Shown: positions 11,093-21,896, counted from the first letter of the stretch. The stretch: 36,124 bases of DNA from Helicobacteraceae bacterium (GCA_015488855.1 WFMY01000062.1:1-36124); one strand, 5' to 3'. Translations and numbers: made by a program. The notes: generated from the letters alone by a model not told the origin.

Positions 11093-11549
11093 AACGACCT
11101 CCTTGTTTTTCTAAAAGTGTAGAAAGTATTTTTAAAGAAGCATCCATCCCACCACTTTTTTCAGCACTAAGAAGCTGCTTATAGAGTGGTTTGATAATAT
11201 TTAAAGCCTGCTCACTTGGTTTTCTTCTTACAGAGTAATAACCAACAATTTTTCCATTAGCATCATAAGAGGGTGTTACATTGGCTAAAACCCAGTAATA
11301 ATCACCATTTTTTGATTTGTTCATCACATAAGCATTTATCTCTTTTCCTGCTTGTATATAATCCCACAAGAGCTTAAAAATAATACAAGGCATATCTGGA
11401 TGTCTCACAATGTTATGTGGTTTTCCCAGTATTTCTGCTTCTGTATAACCAGCAAGCTTCATAAAAAGCTCATTCCCATAGGTTATACGACCTTTAATAT
11501 CCGTTTTTGAGACAATAATCTCAGAGTCTAAAAATGTAAGTTCTGCCAT
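11067..11549 (-). CDS. stand-alone PAS sensor, Aer/CetB-like
   Basis: [36 protein letters not shown] are Aer-type PAS motifs; start moved to ATG 11549; overlaps the MCP start. Confidence 0.9.
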   Translation of the reverse strand: MAELTFLDSEIIVSKTDIKGRITYGNELFMKLAGYTEAEILGKPHNIVRHPDMPCIIFKLLWDYIQAGKEINAYVMNKSKNGDYYWVLANVTPSYDANGKIVGYYSVRRKPSEQALNIIKPLYKQLLSAEKSGGMDASLKILSTLLEKQGGRYDKFILSF

Positions 11550-11712
11550 AGCTACTCTTTTAAAGATAATGTAATTTAGATTCGGAATTATACACCTTAT
11601 ATAGCTTGGTGGGGGGGTAATAAGTCTAATGTCATAAGAAGGAGACAATTGTGTTACAATTGGAAACAAAGAGTTTTCTATCAGCAACATTAAAGAACGA
11701 GAGTAATTTGGA

Positions 11713-11820
11713 CTATGATATATTAGAAGAGTATTCTTTAGTGTTTTGTATCTCTTGCTCTATTGAAACCTTTTGAGACTTAAGAGAGTTGAGCTTGGTG
11801 TACAGTTCGTCCAATTGCAT
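11713..11820 (-). pseudogene. 35-codon coiled-coil N-terminal fragment (MQLDELYTKLNSLKSQKVSIEQEIQNTKEYSSNIS)
   Basis: ATG directly follows the stop of the upstream gene (TAAATG); heptad pattern; not in the ORF track. Confidence 0.45.
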
Positions 11821-12006
11821 TTAATGACTAGAAGTATATGATGCAAACTGTTTACGAACATTCTCCTCAAACAGATCTATATTTCCAATGAGACTATCTG
11901 CTTTTTTTATAATTTCTTCTTGTTGTGCACTCATCTCTTTCATCGCTTGGCGAATAAACTCTTCTCTATTTTCTGGCTTTAATAGTGGGTTTATTGATTG
12001 TGTCAT
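11821..12006 (-). CDS. small helical protein, candidate antitoxin or partner of the zeta-like protein
   Basis: 61 aa; ATGA overlap with the upstream gene; GAGG SD. Confidence 0.65.
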   Translation of the reverse strand: MTQSINPLLKPENREEFIRQAMKEMSAQQEEIIKKADSLIGNIDLFEENVRKQFASYTSSH

Positions 12007-12668
12007 TTTAAATCCTCGTACTTAGGTATTATCTCTTCAAATTTATTATGGCTAATATCTTGATAATATTGATTATCTCTTTTGTCTACAACATTTAAAA
12101 TTATGTCATCTTGAAATAATTTTTTAATTTCAGCAGTTGTACTTCTTGATTTTATAACACTGTTAAAAAATACATCTTCAGGTACAACTCTATTTGTAAC
12201 AGATTCTCTCTTTTTAGTGTATAAAAAGCATTGCTCTAAATCATTATAAATGTAAAATATTTCTACTTTATAATTTTGTTTTAGTAATTTTACCATATTT
12301 TCTTTAGCAGTTTGAAAATGTGATAGGTTTGAATCTACAACAAGTGATAAATTTCTAACCTTAATTATCTCATCAAATAAGAACTGAACACCGTAACTTG
12401 CAGGTTTTTGAAACAAATTACTGTTTTTACCATCATAACCTATAGGTTTGAAAAAGTCTCTTATATTGTCAATATCTAAATGAACTAAATTTCTTTCAGT
12501 TTTCAAAAACTTCTGAATAAATTCAGTTTTACCAGCACCACTAGGTCCCGCCGTAAAGTAAACTACTTTCTCATTTATTGGACAATAACCATCAAGATAG
12601 GTTTTATATAAAAGTTCTCTATTTTCTTTTAAGTACTTAATAGCTTCTTTTTCTATATCTATTTTCAT
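12003..12668 (-). CDS. zeta-toxin family P-loop kinase
   Basis: AGPSGAGKT Walker A, LDIDNIR, VVDSNLS, KRESVTNRVVPE resemble zeta/PezT family motifs; start probably ATG 12668. Confidence 0.8.
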   Translation of the reverse strand: MKIDIEKEAIKYLKENRELLYKTYLDGYCPINEKVVYFTAGPSGAGKTEFIQKFLKTERNLVHLDIDNIRDFFKPIGYDGKNSNLFQKPASYGVQFLFDEIIKVRNLSLVVDSNLSHFQTAKENMVKLLKQNYKVEIFYIYNDLEQCFLYTKKRESVTNRVVPEDVFFNSVIKSRSTTAEIKKLFQDDIILNVVDKRDNQYYQDISHNKFEEIIPKYEDLK

Positions 12669-12709
12669 GAAAATAATTATACCTAAAATTATATTCAAAT
12701 ATAATCCAT

Positions 12710-12838
12710 TCCAATTACTATAAAATAATATAAAACCTAAGCATTGTACCTATAAGTCCATTTTCATGCCAATGGTATCACTATGTCAGAACAGTTACTA
12801 TAAAATCATCTTTAGAGATAGAAATTATAGTAATTGGA
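12710..12838. repeat. perfect 14-bp inverted repeat with an internal third copy
   Basis: TCCAATTACTATAA (12710-12723) / TTATAGTAATTGGA (12825-12838); TTACTATAAAAT at both 12715 and 12795. Confidence 0.85.
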
Positions 12839-12845
12839 GCATATC

Positions 12846-13232
12846 ATGGAAACCAAAAGAATAAAAAGAGTTAAAAAATCAGTAACGGCTAAAGAGTATA
12901 AAAAGTTGATGAATTTTGTAAGAGGTGATGAAGATATCGAACCTTTTAATCAAAAACGCTTCTTAAAGATATTTTCATTACTTTACTATAGTGGACTTCG
13001 CGTAAATGAACTTACTCAAATAAAATTCGCACATATTGAGCAAATAATAAAAACAGGTGAAACAATAGTTGTCTCTCATAAGACTTCTAGAGAACGAGTT
13101 TTATATTTTAGTGAGAGTGCCATCAAAGAGATTAAGAAATATTTCACATATGAAGAGAGTGAGTTAAATAACTACTGCATAACATCTTGGGGCAATCCTC
13201 AAAAGAGCTTCCATGAGATAAGTCTTATATAA
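12846..13232 (+). pseudogene. truncated tyrosine recombinase, catalytic-domain-only type
   Basis: LLYYSGLRVNEL box I and SHKT lysine region present; stops before HxxR and the catalytic Tyr; GGAG SD before ATG 12846. Confidence 0.8.
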
Positions 13233-13318
13233 CTTGTAAATAAGTAGTCAGCTATAGGTCGTGACCTCTCTATGGACTACACAGAGTTTGAACATGGGGT
13301 ATTAGGGAGGGTGTCATA

Positions 13319-13537
13319 ATGGGACGAGTGAAGGAACAAATGATGATAGAGCAAGAACGAGAGTTTGAACATGAGCTTAGTTACCAAGAGTATCTGGAGG
13401 AGGAGTCAGATGAGCCCTATGCTACCTATATGATGAAAATGGCTAAGGCGCTACTTAGCGGTGAGACTTACTATGAGTTGTTCTGGTCTGTTTACTCAGC
13501 TAACAATGTTGGTTACTATCCGCTCATAATAGAGTGA
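13319..13537 (+). CDS. small acidic hypothetical protein in the island
   Basis: 72-aa ORF with a strong GGGAGG SD. Confidence 0.6.
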   Translation: MGRVKEQMMIEQEREFEHELSYQEYLEEESDEPYATYMMKMAKALLSGETYYELFWSVYSANNVGYYPLIIE

Positions 13538-13580
13538 GGTGTTACCAAAAGTTATTGAACCGATAAAGATAAGAGTTGAA

Positions 13581-13624
13581 TGTAGCTAGAATTGTAGCCA
13601 ACTGGTTACATGAACTGGTTACAT
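13581..13624. repeat. integrase arm-type-like repeats
   Basis: AACTGGTTACAT tandem copies (13600-13611, 13613-13624) preceded by inverted variants TGTAGCTA and TGTAGCCA. Confidence 0.65.
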
Positions 13625-13777
13625 TTTAGTATATAGTCAGCCATATTGAGATATTATATGAGTTAAAAAAGTTCTTGGAAATTGTTGTAATAAATGCCAC
13701 TAGATGAGTGCCAATGAGTTAACTGATTTTGATGATTCGTTGTTGGAGCAAAAGGCTTGTTTAGCCCTACAATACGA

Positions 13778-13852
<75 letters not shown>

Positions 13853-13876
13853 ATATGTAAAAAGTTCTCTTATAAA

Positions 13877-13953
13877 TGGTGTCAGAGGGGGGACTTGAAC
13901 CCCCGACCCCCGGCTTATGAGACCAGTGCTCTAACCAGCTGAGCTACCCTGAC
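13877..13953 (-). tRNA. tRNA with CAT anticodon (elongator Met or Ile2; not initiator)
   Basis: GTCAGGGTAGCTCAGCTGGTTAGAGCACTGGTCTCATAAGCCGG...GGTTCAAGTCC...GACACCA; paired 1:72 and no GGG/CCC anticodon stem. Confidence 0.93.
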
Positions 13954-14048
13954 ATCTTTTAAGAGGACGGAATTATAATGTGATTTACCTAAAATTTACC
14001 TTATTTTGGGTAATATTCTAAAAATAAATACAGACAAAGGAATTTTAC

Positions 14049-14309
14049 ATGAGTTTTCAACCATTAGGAAATAGAGTTTTAGTAAAACGAGTAGAGTCGG
14101 CTACAACGACTGCATCGGGAATAATTATCCCAGATAATGCTAGTGAAAAACCATCACAAGGTGAAGTGATTGCAGTAAGTGAAGAAGTTAAAAACCTATC
14201 AGCTGGAGACACAGTCTTGTTTGGTAAATTTGCTGGTAACGAAGTAACATTGGATGCTCAGAAGTATCTTGTAGTAGATGTTGATGATATCTTTGGAATC
14301 ATAGCATAA
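14049..14309 (+). CDS. groES: co-chaperonin GroES
   Basis: [19 protein letters not shown] motifs; upstream of groEL. Confidence 0.97.
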   Translation: MSFQPLGNRVLVKRVESATTTASGIIIPDNASEKPSQGEVIAVSEEVKNLSAGDTVLFGKFAGNEVTLDAQKYLVVDVDDIFGIIA

Positions 14310-14312
14310 TAA

Positions 14313-15977
<1,665 letters not shown>

Positions 15978-16214
15978 GTGAACAATCCTTTTGAATCAGG
16001 ACATATAAAGAACTATTTACTTCTTTATGCAAGTGTTGTTGTTATAATGATTTTGTTTTTTATAGCATCAACACTTTTTCATGATGTAGATAAGATTGAG
16101 AAAAAAGTCTTTAAAGATCAAAGTCTCAAATCAAAGCTTCAAAAAAATGAGGTTCAAAAGGAAGATAAACCTAGTTTAAAAACTAGGCTTAAGTTGATGG
16201 ATAAAAAGTATTAA
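15978..16214 (+). CDS. small single-TM hypothetical protein
   Basis: 78 aa; abuts the groEL stop; one hydrophobic helix then a basic tail. Confidence 0.6.
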   Translation: MNNPFESGHIKNYLLLYASVVVIMILFFIASTLFHDVDKIEKKVFKDQSLKSKLQKNEVQKEDKPSLKTRLKLMDKKY

Positions 16215-16222
16215 AGTTAATA

Positions 16223-16612
16223 TTATTCTTTAGTAACGATATAGAGTTGTTCATGTTTTAAACGCTTGAGTATATCCATCACTGTTACAAAATCTTGAAA
16301 GCGTGATTCTTTGTCACTTCGTAAAACTACAGTTTGTTGTTTATCTATCTGAGAGAGTTTTTTTTCAAGCTCTACTGCATTAACTTTTTCTTTTTCAAAA
16401 TACATCTCACCTTTGGCATTAACATAGATGCTTATTTCCTTTTTAAGGTCTTCTTTTTTGCTAGCTTTTGCTTTTGGTAGTTCAACTGGTATGACACCTT
16501 GTTTGATAAAAGTAGCCGTTGTAAGAACCATGACGAGCAGTACAAGCATGATATCTATAAAAGGGATTACATTGATAGAATCAAATCTTTTTGGTGCTTT
16601 TTTACACTTCAT
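16223..16612 (-). CDS. exbD: biopolymer transport protein ExbD
   Basis: INVIPFIDIMLVLL, VELPKA motifs. Confidence 0.93.
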   Translation of the reverse strand: MKCKKAPKRFDSINVIPFIDIMLVLLVMVLTTATFIKQGVIPVELPKAKASKKEDLKKEISIYVNAKGEMYFEKEKVNAVELEKKLSQIDKQQTVVLRSDKESRFQDFVTVMDILKRLKHEQLYIVTKE

Positions 16613-17045
16613 TAGCTACATCATACTTTGTTAAAATACGCTCGATCTTACGAAGCGTTATTGTGTAGGCTATGATGGCTGGCATGGCTACAACAAGACC
16701 CATAGCAGTAGCTTTAAGTGCAAGGGCAAGTCCTACCATAATCTTTTTAGCATCAACTGCTCCTACATCTCCCATAGTATAAAAAGTTATCATGATTCCA
16801 ACGACAGTCCCAAGTAAGCCAACATAAGGAGCATTTGTTCCGATAGCACTGAGAATACTGATGTTATCAGTTAGATCTAAGTCAAGATTATCTCTATGTT
16901 TATAGTCCTCTATACGAACACTTTTATAAAACATCATCCTCTCTATAAATAGCCAGAGTGTCACAATACTCATCAATATCAAAATCCCCATTATCCCATA
17001 ATCTAGTACATTTTCTGCATAGGTTAAAAAATTATTTGTTTGCAA
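16602..17045 (-). CDS. exbB: TonB-system energizer ExbB
   Basis: NAPYVGLLGTV and ALKATAMGL MotA/TolQ/ExbB motifs. Confidence 0.93.
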   Translation of the reverse strand: MQTNNFLTYAENVLDYGIMGILILMSIVTLWLFIERMMFYKSVRIEDYKHRDNLDLDLTDNISILSAIGTNAPYVGLLGTVVGIMITFYTMGDVGAVDAKKIMVGLALALKATAMGLVVAMPAIIAYTITLRKIERILTKYDVANEV

Positions 17046-17068
17046 ATCTATTTCCTTATTTTAGTTAT

Positions 17069-18076
17069 TCATTCAACGCTTTGTATAGCCCAATTGATAG
17101 TTTCTCCTGCATACATTGGAACGACATTTGAGTACTTTTGTGGAATACTAAAGGCTCTTTTCTCAAGAATGACCTCTTTAAATTCTGGACAAAGTCCGTA
17201 GATACTCTGTGCGTTGTCACTCACAAAGGCTTGGAGGTTATCTAGTTTATCATACTGCTCAAATATCTCACATAGAAGTTGTAAGGCGATAGGTGCCGTA
17301 AAAACACCAGCTGCACAACCACAACTCTCTTTTTTCTCTTGCGGATGCGGTGCTGAGTCACTTCCAAACATCACTTTAGGATGTGCTTCAAGAGCGATAC
17401 TCAGTAGTGCATCTAAATCCTCTGGTCTTTTTGCGATAGGTTTACAAAAATTGTGGGGCATCATCATACCACCAACAACATCATCAAGGGTTAAAAGTAG
17501 GTGATGCACAGTGATGCTAGCATAGAGGTTATCAAACCTATCTAACATATCTACTGCTTCTTTTGTTGTGATATGCTCCATGATAATTTTAAGATTTGGA
17601 AAGTTTGAAGCAAGCAGTTCATAGATACTCATAAACTCAGCCTCCCTATCCATCACAAAACCATCTGTTTCTCCATGGACACAAAGTGGGATTTGTAGTT
17701 CACTCATAGCCTCCAAAGTGGGTCTCATCTCTGCTATGTCAAATGAGCTAACCCCTCCCTCAGAATTTGTAGTAATCCCTGCAGGATAAAGTTTAATAGC
17801 TATTATCTCATCTGCTACACTCTCTAAGAAATTTTTATCATAGTTTTCGTAAAAGAGGGTCATATATGGTTCAAAATAGTCATTTGGAACAGTCGCCATA
17901 ATACGCTTTTTATAAGCTCGTATATCGACAAGCGAACTTACTGGCGGAACAAGATTTGGCATAACAATAGCACCGCTAAAGCTATAGGCACTAAGGGGTG
18001 CTATATTTTCAAGCATAACACCATCTCGGAGATGAAGATGAGCATCTAGGGGCATCAAAAGAGTATGAGTTTTCAT
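17069..18076 (-). CDS. pyrC: dihydroorotase, homodimeric type
   Basis: DAHLHLRDG, MPNL, KLYPAGITTNS, EHITT, GSDSAPH motifs. Confidence 0.96.
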   Translation of the reverse strand: MKTHTLLMPLDAHLHLRDGVMLENIAPLSAYSFSGAIVMPNLVPPVSSLVDIRAYKKRIMATVPNDYFEPYMTLFYENYDKNFLESVADEIIAIKLYPAGITTNSEGGVSSFDIAEMRPTLEAMSELQIPLCVHGETDGFVMDREAEFMSIYELLASNFPNLKIIMEHITTKEAVDMLDRFDNLYASITVHHLLLTLDDVVGGMMMPHNFCKPIAKRPEDLDALLSIALEAHPKVMFGSDSAPHPQEKKESCGCAAGVFTAPIALQLLCEIFEQYDKLDNLQAFVSDNAQSIYGLCPEFKEVILEKRAFSIPQKYSNVVPMYAGETINWAIQSVE

Positions 18077-18175
18077 AGTAATCCTATAAATTATTTTTAA
18101 AGGATTATAGCCATTCTGTTATGAGAAGTATATTAAAGAGTCTCCTCGATTGGTGACAAAGTATATTTTGCACTT

Positions 18176-18807
18176 TTAATATCTATCTATAAACTTAGTA
18201 TATGGTACATTACTTGGTGTTACGATGAGAAAAAGTTCTGCACTATTGGCTATCCTATATGTAACACTTTTAGCATTATTAAATCTTTTTGTAGTGTTTG
18301 TCCATCTATGTCCATTTCCCCTTCTATCAAATAGTAAGAGTAAGTCGACTTTTCATCGAGGTTTTGTATTGTACTTGAACTTTCAAAAGAGATTTTTTGG
18401 TAGTCCTTATAGGTAGCATTTTTGCTTAGTGACTTTGAAAAGTCTGGGTCAAACCAAATCTGAAAAAGCTCGCTACCTTTTGTAATGCGTTCAGAATGCG
18501 AAACTCCAGAGCCAGCCTGAATAGCTTGAACATCACCTGCATTGAGTGGTGTATAGACTTTTGTAGCAGTATCATAATGCTCAACGGTACCTCCCAGAAC
18601 AAAGGTCATTATCTCAAAACCTTCATGAGGATGCAAAGGAAATTCTGCTGTTTCATGGGCAACTAAATGTGCCCAATAAAAAAGGTTTGAATACGCTGTT
18701 GAACCTTGCCTAGTTGGAAAACCAATAGGTTTGTTCTCTGTAAAAGCCCCATTAAAAAGAGGCTCTATCTGCTGGTCTTGTTTTTTTAAATATTTTACTT
18801 GACTCAT
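18176..18807 (-). pseudogene. pirin-family protein, frameshifted near the 3' end
   Basis: HPHEGFEIMT and AGSGVSHSE motifs; a plausible C-terminus (FNNAKSVTYRIANSAELFLIVTPSNVPYTKFIDRY*) continues in another frame from ~18283 to 18176. Confidence 0.7.
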
Positions 18808-18827
18808 AAGATACTCCTGTCTTTAAA

Positions 18828-19400
18828 TTATTTTATTTGTATGCCTTCTATGATTATATCTATTTTAATCTTGTCACTAACAAGGAGTCCACCAGTTTCT
18901 AATAATTGGTTAAAGTTGATGTTAAAGTCTCGTCTATTGATAGCTCCATGAAGTTCAAAGGCTATACGAGTATTTCCCCAAGGATCTTTTATCGTGCTAC
19001 TAACATCTTCAAGTTGCATATCTATAACTTTTGTGACATCTTTGATACTCAGTTGCATTTTTACATCATCACCATCTTGTTTGATGAGTTTCATTTGCAT
19101 ACTCGGGTAGTGTGCTACATCAAAAAAGTTGGCACTTCGTAAGTGATCATCCCTTTTTGCATCTTGAGTCGTTAAACTTGCTACTTCTACCCAACCATTT
19201 AATGCTGAAAATCGTTTTGTTTTTTCATTTATACTAAAAGTACCTGAAAATTTTTCAAAATTCCCTTTTACATTACTTATCATCATATGTTTAGCTTTAA
19301 AACCTATGTCTGAATGACTTGTGTCAACATTATAATTTGAACCATAAAGAGAACCTAAACCTACCATTGCACTGAGTGCCAAAACTTTAACTAACTTCAT
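18828..19400 (-). CDS. YceI-family periplasmic polyisoprenoid-binding protein
   Basis: Signal peptide; DTSHSDIGF, KRDDHLRSANFFD, DPWGN, INRRDF motifs. Confidence 0.93.
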   Translation of the reverse strand: MKLVKVLALSAMVGLGSLYGSNYNVDTSHSDIGFKAKHMMISNVKGNFEKFSGTFSINEKTKRFSALNGWVEVASLTTQDAKRDDHLRSANFFDVAHYPSMQMKLIKQDGDDVKMQLSIKDVTKVIDMQLEDVSSTIKDPWGNTRIAFELHGAINRRDFNINFNQLLETGGLLVSDKIKIDIIIEGIQIK

Positions 19401-19422
19401 TCGTAATCCTTAAATTTTTTAT

Positions 19423-19600
19423 TTACACTGAATATTTAGTGTAATTACTCTAGAAGTATATCGATTAAATAAACTTAAAGTCAAGAGCAATTACTCTAAT
19501 CATACTCAAAATATACTTGCGAATCTTTTTAAAGCACCTTATTTAGGTGTCATTTTGATATGAAAAGAATATTGACATTTTAGAGTATTTACACTATACT
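19423..19600. promoter_or_regulatory. divergent sigma70 promoters with three TetR-type operator copies
   Basis: Plus strand TTGACA(19572)-17 nt-TATACT(19595); minus strand TTGACT(19484)-18 nt-TATACT(19460); 16-bp pseudo-palindromes at 19437, 19483 and 19581. Confidence 0.8.
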
Positions 19601-19619
19601 TTTGAAATAAGGAAAGAAA

Positions 19620-20201
19620 ATGTCCACAAAACAAAAGATTTTAGATACAGCATTAAAGTTGTTTAATGAAACAAATACACAGTCAGCTACTACAAATCAT
19701 ATAGCAAAAGAGATGGGTATAAGCCCTGGAAATTTGCACTACCATTATAAAAATCGTGAAGAGATAGTTTTTTTACTTTATAAACAATTGCGTGAAGAGA
19801 CTACACTTACTATAGAGCATCTACCAAAAAACATACAAGCACTGCAAGAACATGAGAAACTTCTTATACAAGTTCAGTGGAAATACCGTTTTTTCTTTAA
19901 AGAGATGCTATTTTTGTTTTCTAAGGATGCCCAGTTAGAAAAAATGTATATAGAAGATAACATCAAGCATCGTGAGCGTATAGCTTATAGTATGCGAACT
20001 TTTGAAAGAAATGGAGAATTATCCTTCAAAGATGAAAAAAGCTTTGAATTTTTAGTTAACTCCATCTTACTCTCTTGGCAGTTTTATGCTTCGTACTTAC
20101 ACACCTTAGGCAAAGATTTAGATACGCAAGGTGCAGTAGAAGTGATAGAATATACAAAGAGTGCAATGCAACCATACCGAAGATATATTTATAAAGATTA
20201 A
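19620..20201 (+). CDS. TetR/AcrR family transcriptional regulator
   Basis: TKQKILDTALKLF...IAKEMGISPGNLHYHYKNREEI HTH. Confidence 0.93.
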   Translation: MSTKQKILDTALKLFNETNTQSATTNHIAKEMGISPGNLHYHYKNREEIVFLLYKQLREETTLTIEHLPKNIQALQEHEKLLIQVQWKYRFFFKEMLFLFSKDAQLEKMYIEDNIKHRERIAYSMRTFERNGELSFKDEKSFEFLVNSILLSWQFYASYLHTLGKDLDTQGAVEVIEYTKSAMQPYRRYIYKD

Positions 20202-20236
20202 GAAAACTTATAGTTTAAAAGGAGTATACCTCTTCT

Positions 20237-20462
20237 ATGGATAATTTAAAACATTTAAAAACTAAATATACCGATAATTACACTTCTAAGCGTTGTAACT
20301 GTTTTCATTCTTCCTGTATTTGTATTTTCTTTTTGTTATTTTACTCAAAATAATGCATGTGCTTATAAGATTAAAAGCATAAAAGTATTAGAAACTGATT
20401 TAAAAGTTGTGAGTATCCAATCAAGTTCAAGTATAAAACTTTCTATGATTGGATATAAGTAG
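20237..20462 (+). pseudogene. possible frameshifted small membrane protein
   Basis: AAGGAG SD and ATG 20237; a 66-codon frame (20262-20462) with a hydrophobic stretch lacks its own start and joins via a shift in an A run. Confidence 0.3.
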
Positions 20463-20469
20463 GTATAAA

Positions 20470-21825
20470 CTATATCTTGCTTTTGGCTTCTAGTATAAGC
20501 GCATTTATTGCTTCTTCATAAGAATGCGCATCTTGTTTTGTTGTAGATTCAAACCTAGTAACCAAGACTGGTGTAGTGTTTGATGCTCTTACTAGCCCCC
20601 ATCCATTTTCAAAATTTATGCGTACCCCATCTACATCAATAATGTTTTTAATAGCGGGAAAGTCTTTTGGTGGATTTTGGAGTAACTCTTTGACTTTATC
20701 TATGATTTCAAATTTTTGCGATTCAGTAGTTTCTACTTTGATTTCCTCTGTAGAGAATACTTCTGGAAGTTTTGCAAGTTCTGCATCGAGGTCTATTCCA
20801 TCATGGATAAGCTCTAACATTCTAAGGGTTGCATAGATAGCATCATCATAGCCAAAGTAACGATTTTTGAAAAAGATATGTCCACTCACTTCACAAGCCA
20901 AATCAGCTCCTATCTCTCTCATCTTTACTTTGAGATTTGAGTGTCCAGTTTTGTACATCACTGTTTTTGAACCTCTTCTTTCTAGCTCATCATACATCAC
21001 TTGGGAGCATTTCACTTCTCCAACAACAGTTGGTTTGTCCATCTTCATACTATATAGAAGAGCCATCATGTCACCTTTGATGTTATTTTTGTGAGTGAGA
21101 ACTGCTATGCGATCTGCATCTCCATCATAGGCAAAAGCGATATCAGCATTTTGGAGTGCCACTTTGACATCGGTAAGATTTTCTTCTACAGATGGGTCTG
21201 GGTGATGGTTTGGAAAGCTTCCATCTGGCTCAATAAAAAGAGCTTTTGTATTTAACTCAAGTGCATCAAAGATCTTTTGCGTGACTATACCTGCTACACC
21301 ATTGCCACAATCATACACTATCTTTGTATCCATCCCTTTAAGATGTTGGAACTCCGAAATAAGAAACTCAACATAGCGGCTCACTGCATCTATCTTTGTT
21401 ACATCTCTTTGCACTTTTGGTATCTCAGCCATGTCCTCACACTCTCTTCCTAGAGCGTAGATATCTTCACCAAAAAAAGGTGCTTTGTCTATGGTGATCT
21501 TAAAACCGTTGTATTGGCTTGGGTTATGTGAACCTGTTATCATCACAGATGCACTAACTGTTATGCCATTAAAGTCATTATAATTACAAAAGTAATTTAC
21601 AGGAGTAGGTACCATCCCTATATCAAGAACTTTTTTACCTCCTGCATTGAGTCCAGCAACGAGATACTCAAAGAGTATTGGTGAATGACTTCTTGCATCA
21701 TAACCAACAGCTACATATTTACCTGCTATCTTAGATGCAAGGGCATAACCAATTTTTGTGACACTTTTTTCATTTAACTCTTTTTCATATATACCACGAA
21801 TGTCGTATTCTCTGTAGATGCTCAT
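20470..21825 (-). CDS. phosphomannomutase/phosphoglucomutase, AlgC-like
   Basis: YDIRG, ITGSHNP, DGDADR, CEVSGH, RASNT motifs. Confidence 0.95.
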   Translation of the reverse strand: MSIYREYDIRGIYEKELNEKSVTKIGYALASKIAGKYVAVGYDARSHSPILFEYLVAGLNAGGKKVLDIGMVPTPVNYFCNYNDFNGITVSASVMITGSHNPSQYNGFKITIDKAPFFGEDIYALGRECEDMAEIPKVQRDVTKIDAVSRYVEFLISEFQHLKGMDTKIVYDCGNGVAGIVTQKIFDALELNTKALFIEPDGSFPNHHPDPSVEENLTDVKVALQNADIAFAYDGDADRIAVLTHKNNIKGDMMALLYSMKMDKPTVVGEVKCSQVMYDELERRGSKTVMYKTGHSNLKVKMREIGADLACEVSGHIFFKNRYFGYDDAIYATLRMLELIHDGIDLDAELAKLPEVFSTEEIKVETTESQKFEIIDKVKELLQNPPKDFPAIKNIIDVDGVRINFENGWGLVRASNTTPVLVTRFESTTKQDAHSYEEAINALILEAKSKI

Positions 21826-21896
21826 TTAAATCTCCTCAAACCTTGTCTAATCTCGTAGGCAAGGGGTTTTAGTGTTTATTTGTAATACAATAAAAT

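Larger units (their letters stand above)
9417..13777. mobile_element. decayed genomic island at the 3' end of tRNA-Asn
   Basis: Adjacent to the tRNA 3' end; truncated tyrosine recombinase; zeta-like toxin; gene fragments; arm-like repeats at 13581-13624; possible degenerate att at 9417-9429. Left boundary uncertain. Confidence 0.6.

Noticed and set aside
13283-13373. 14-bp direct repeat AGAGTTTGAACATG at 13283 and 13360
   Set aside because: Only two copies, one inside a CDS; not a CRISPR array, and no cas genes are present
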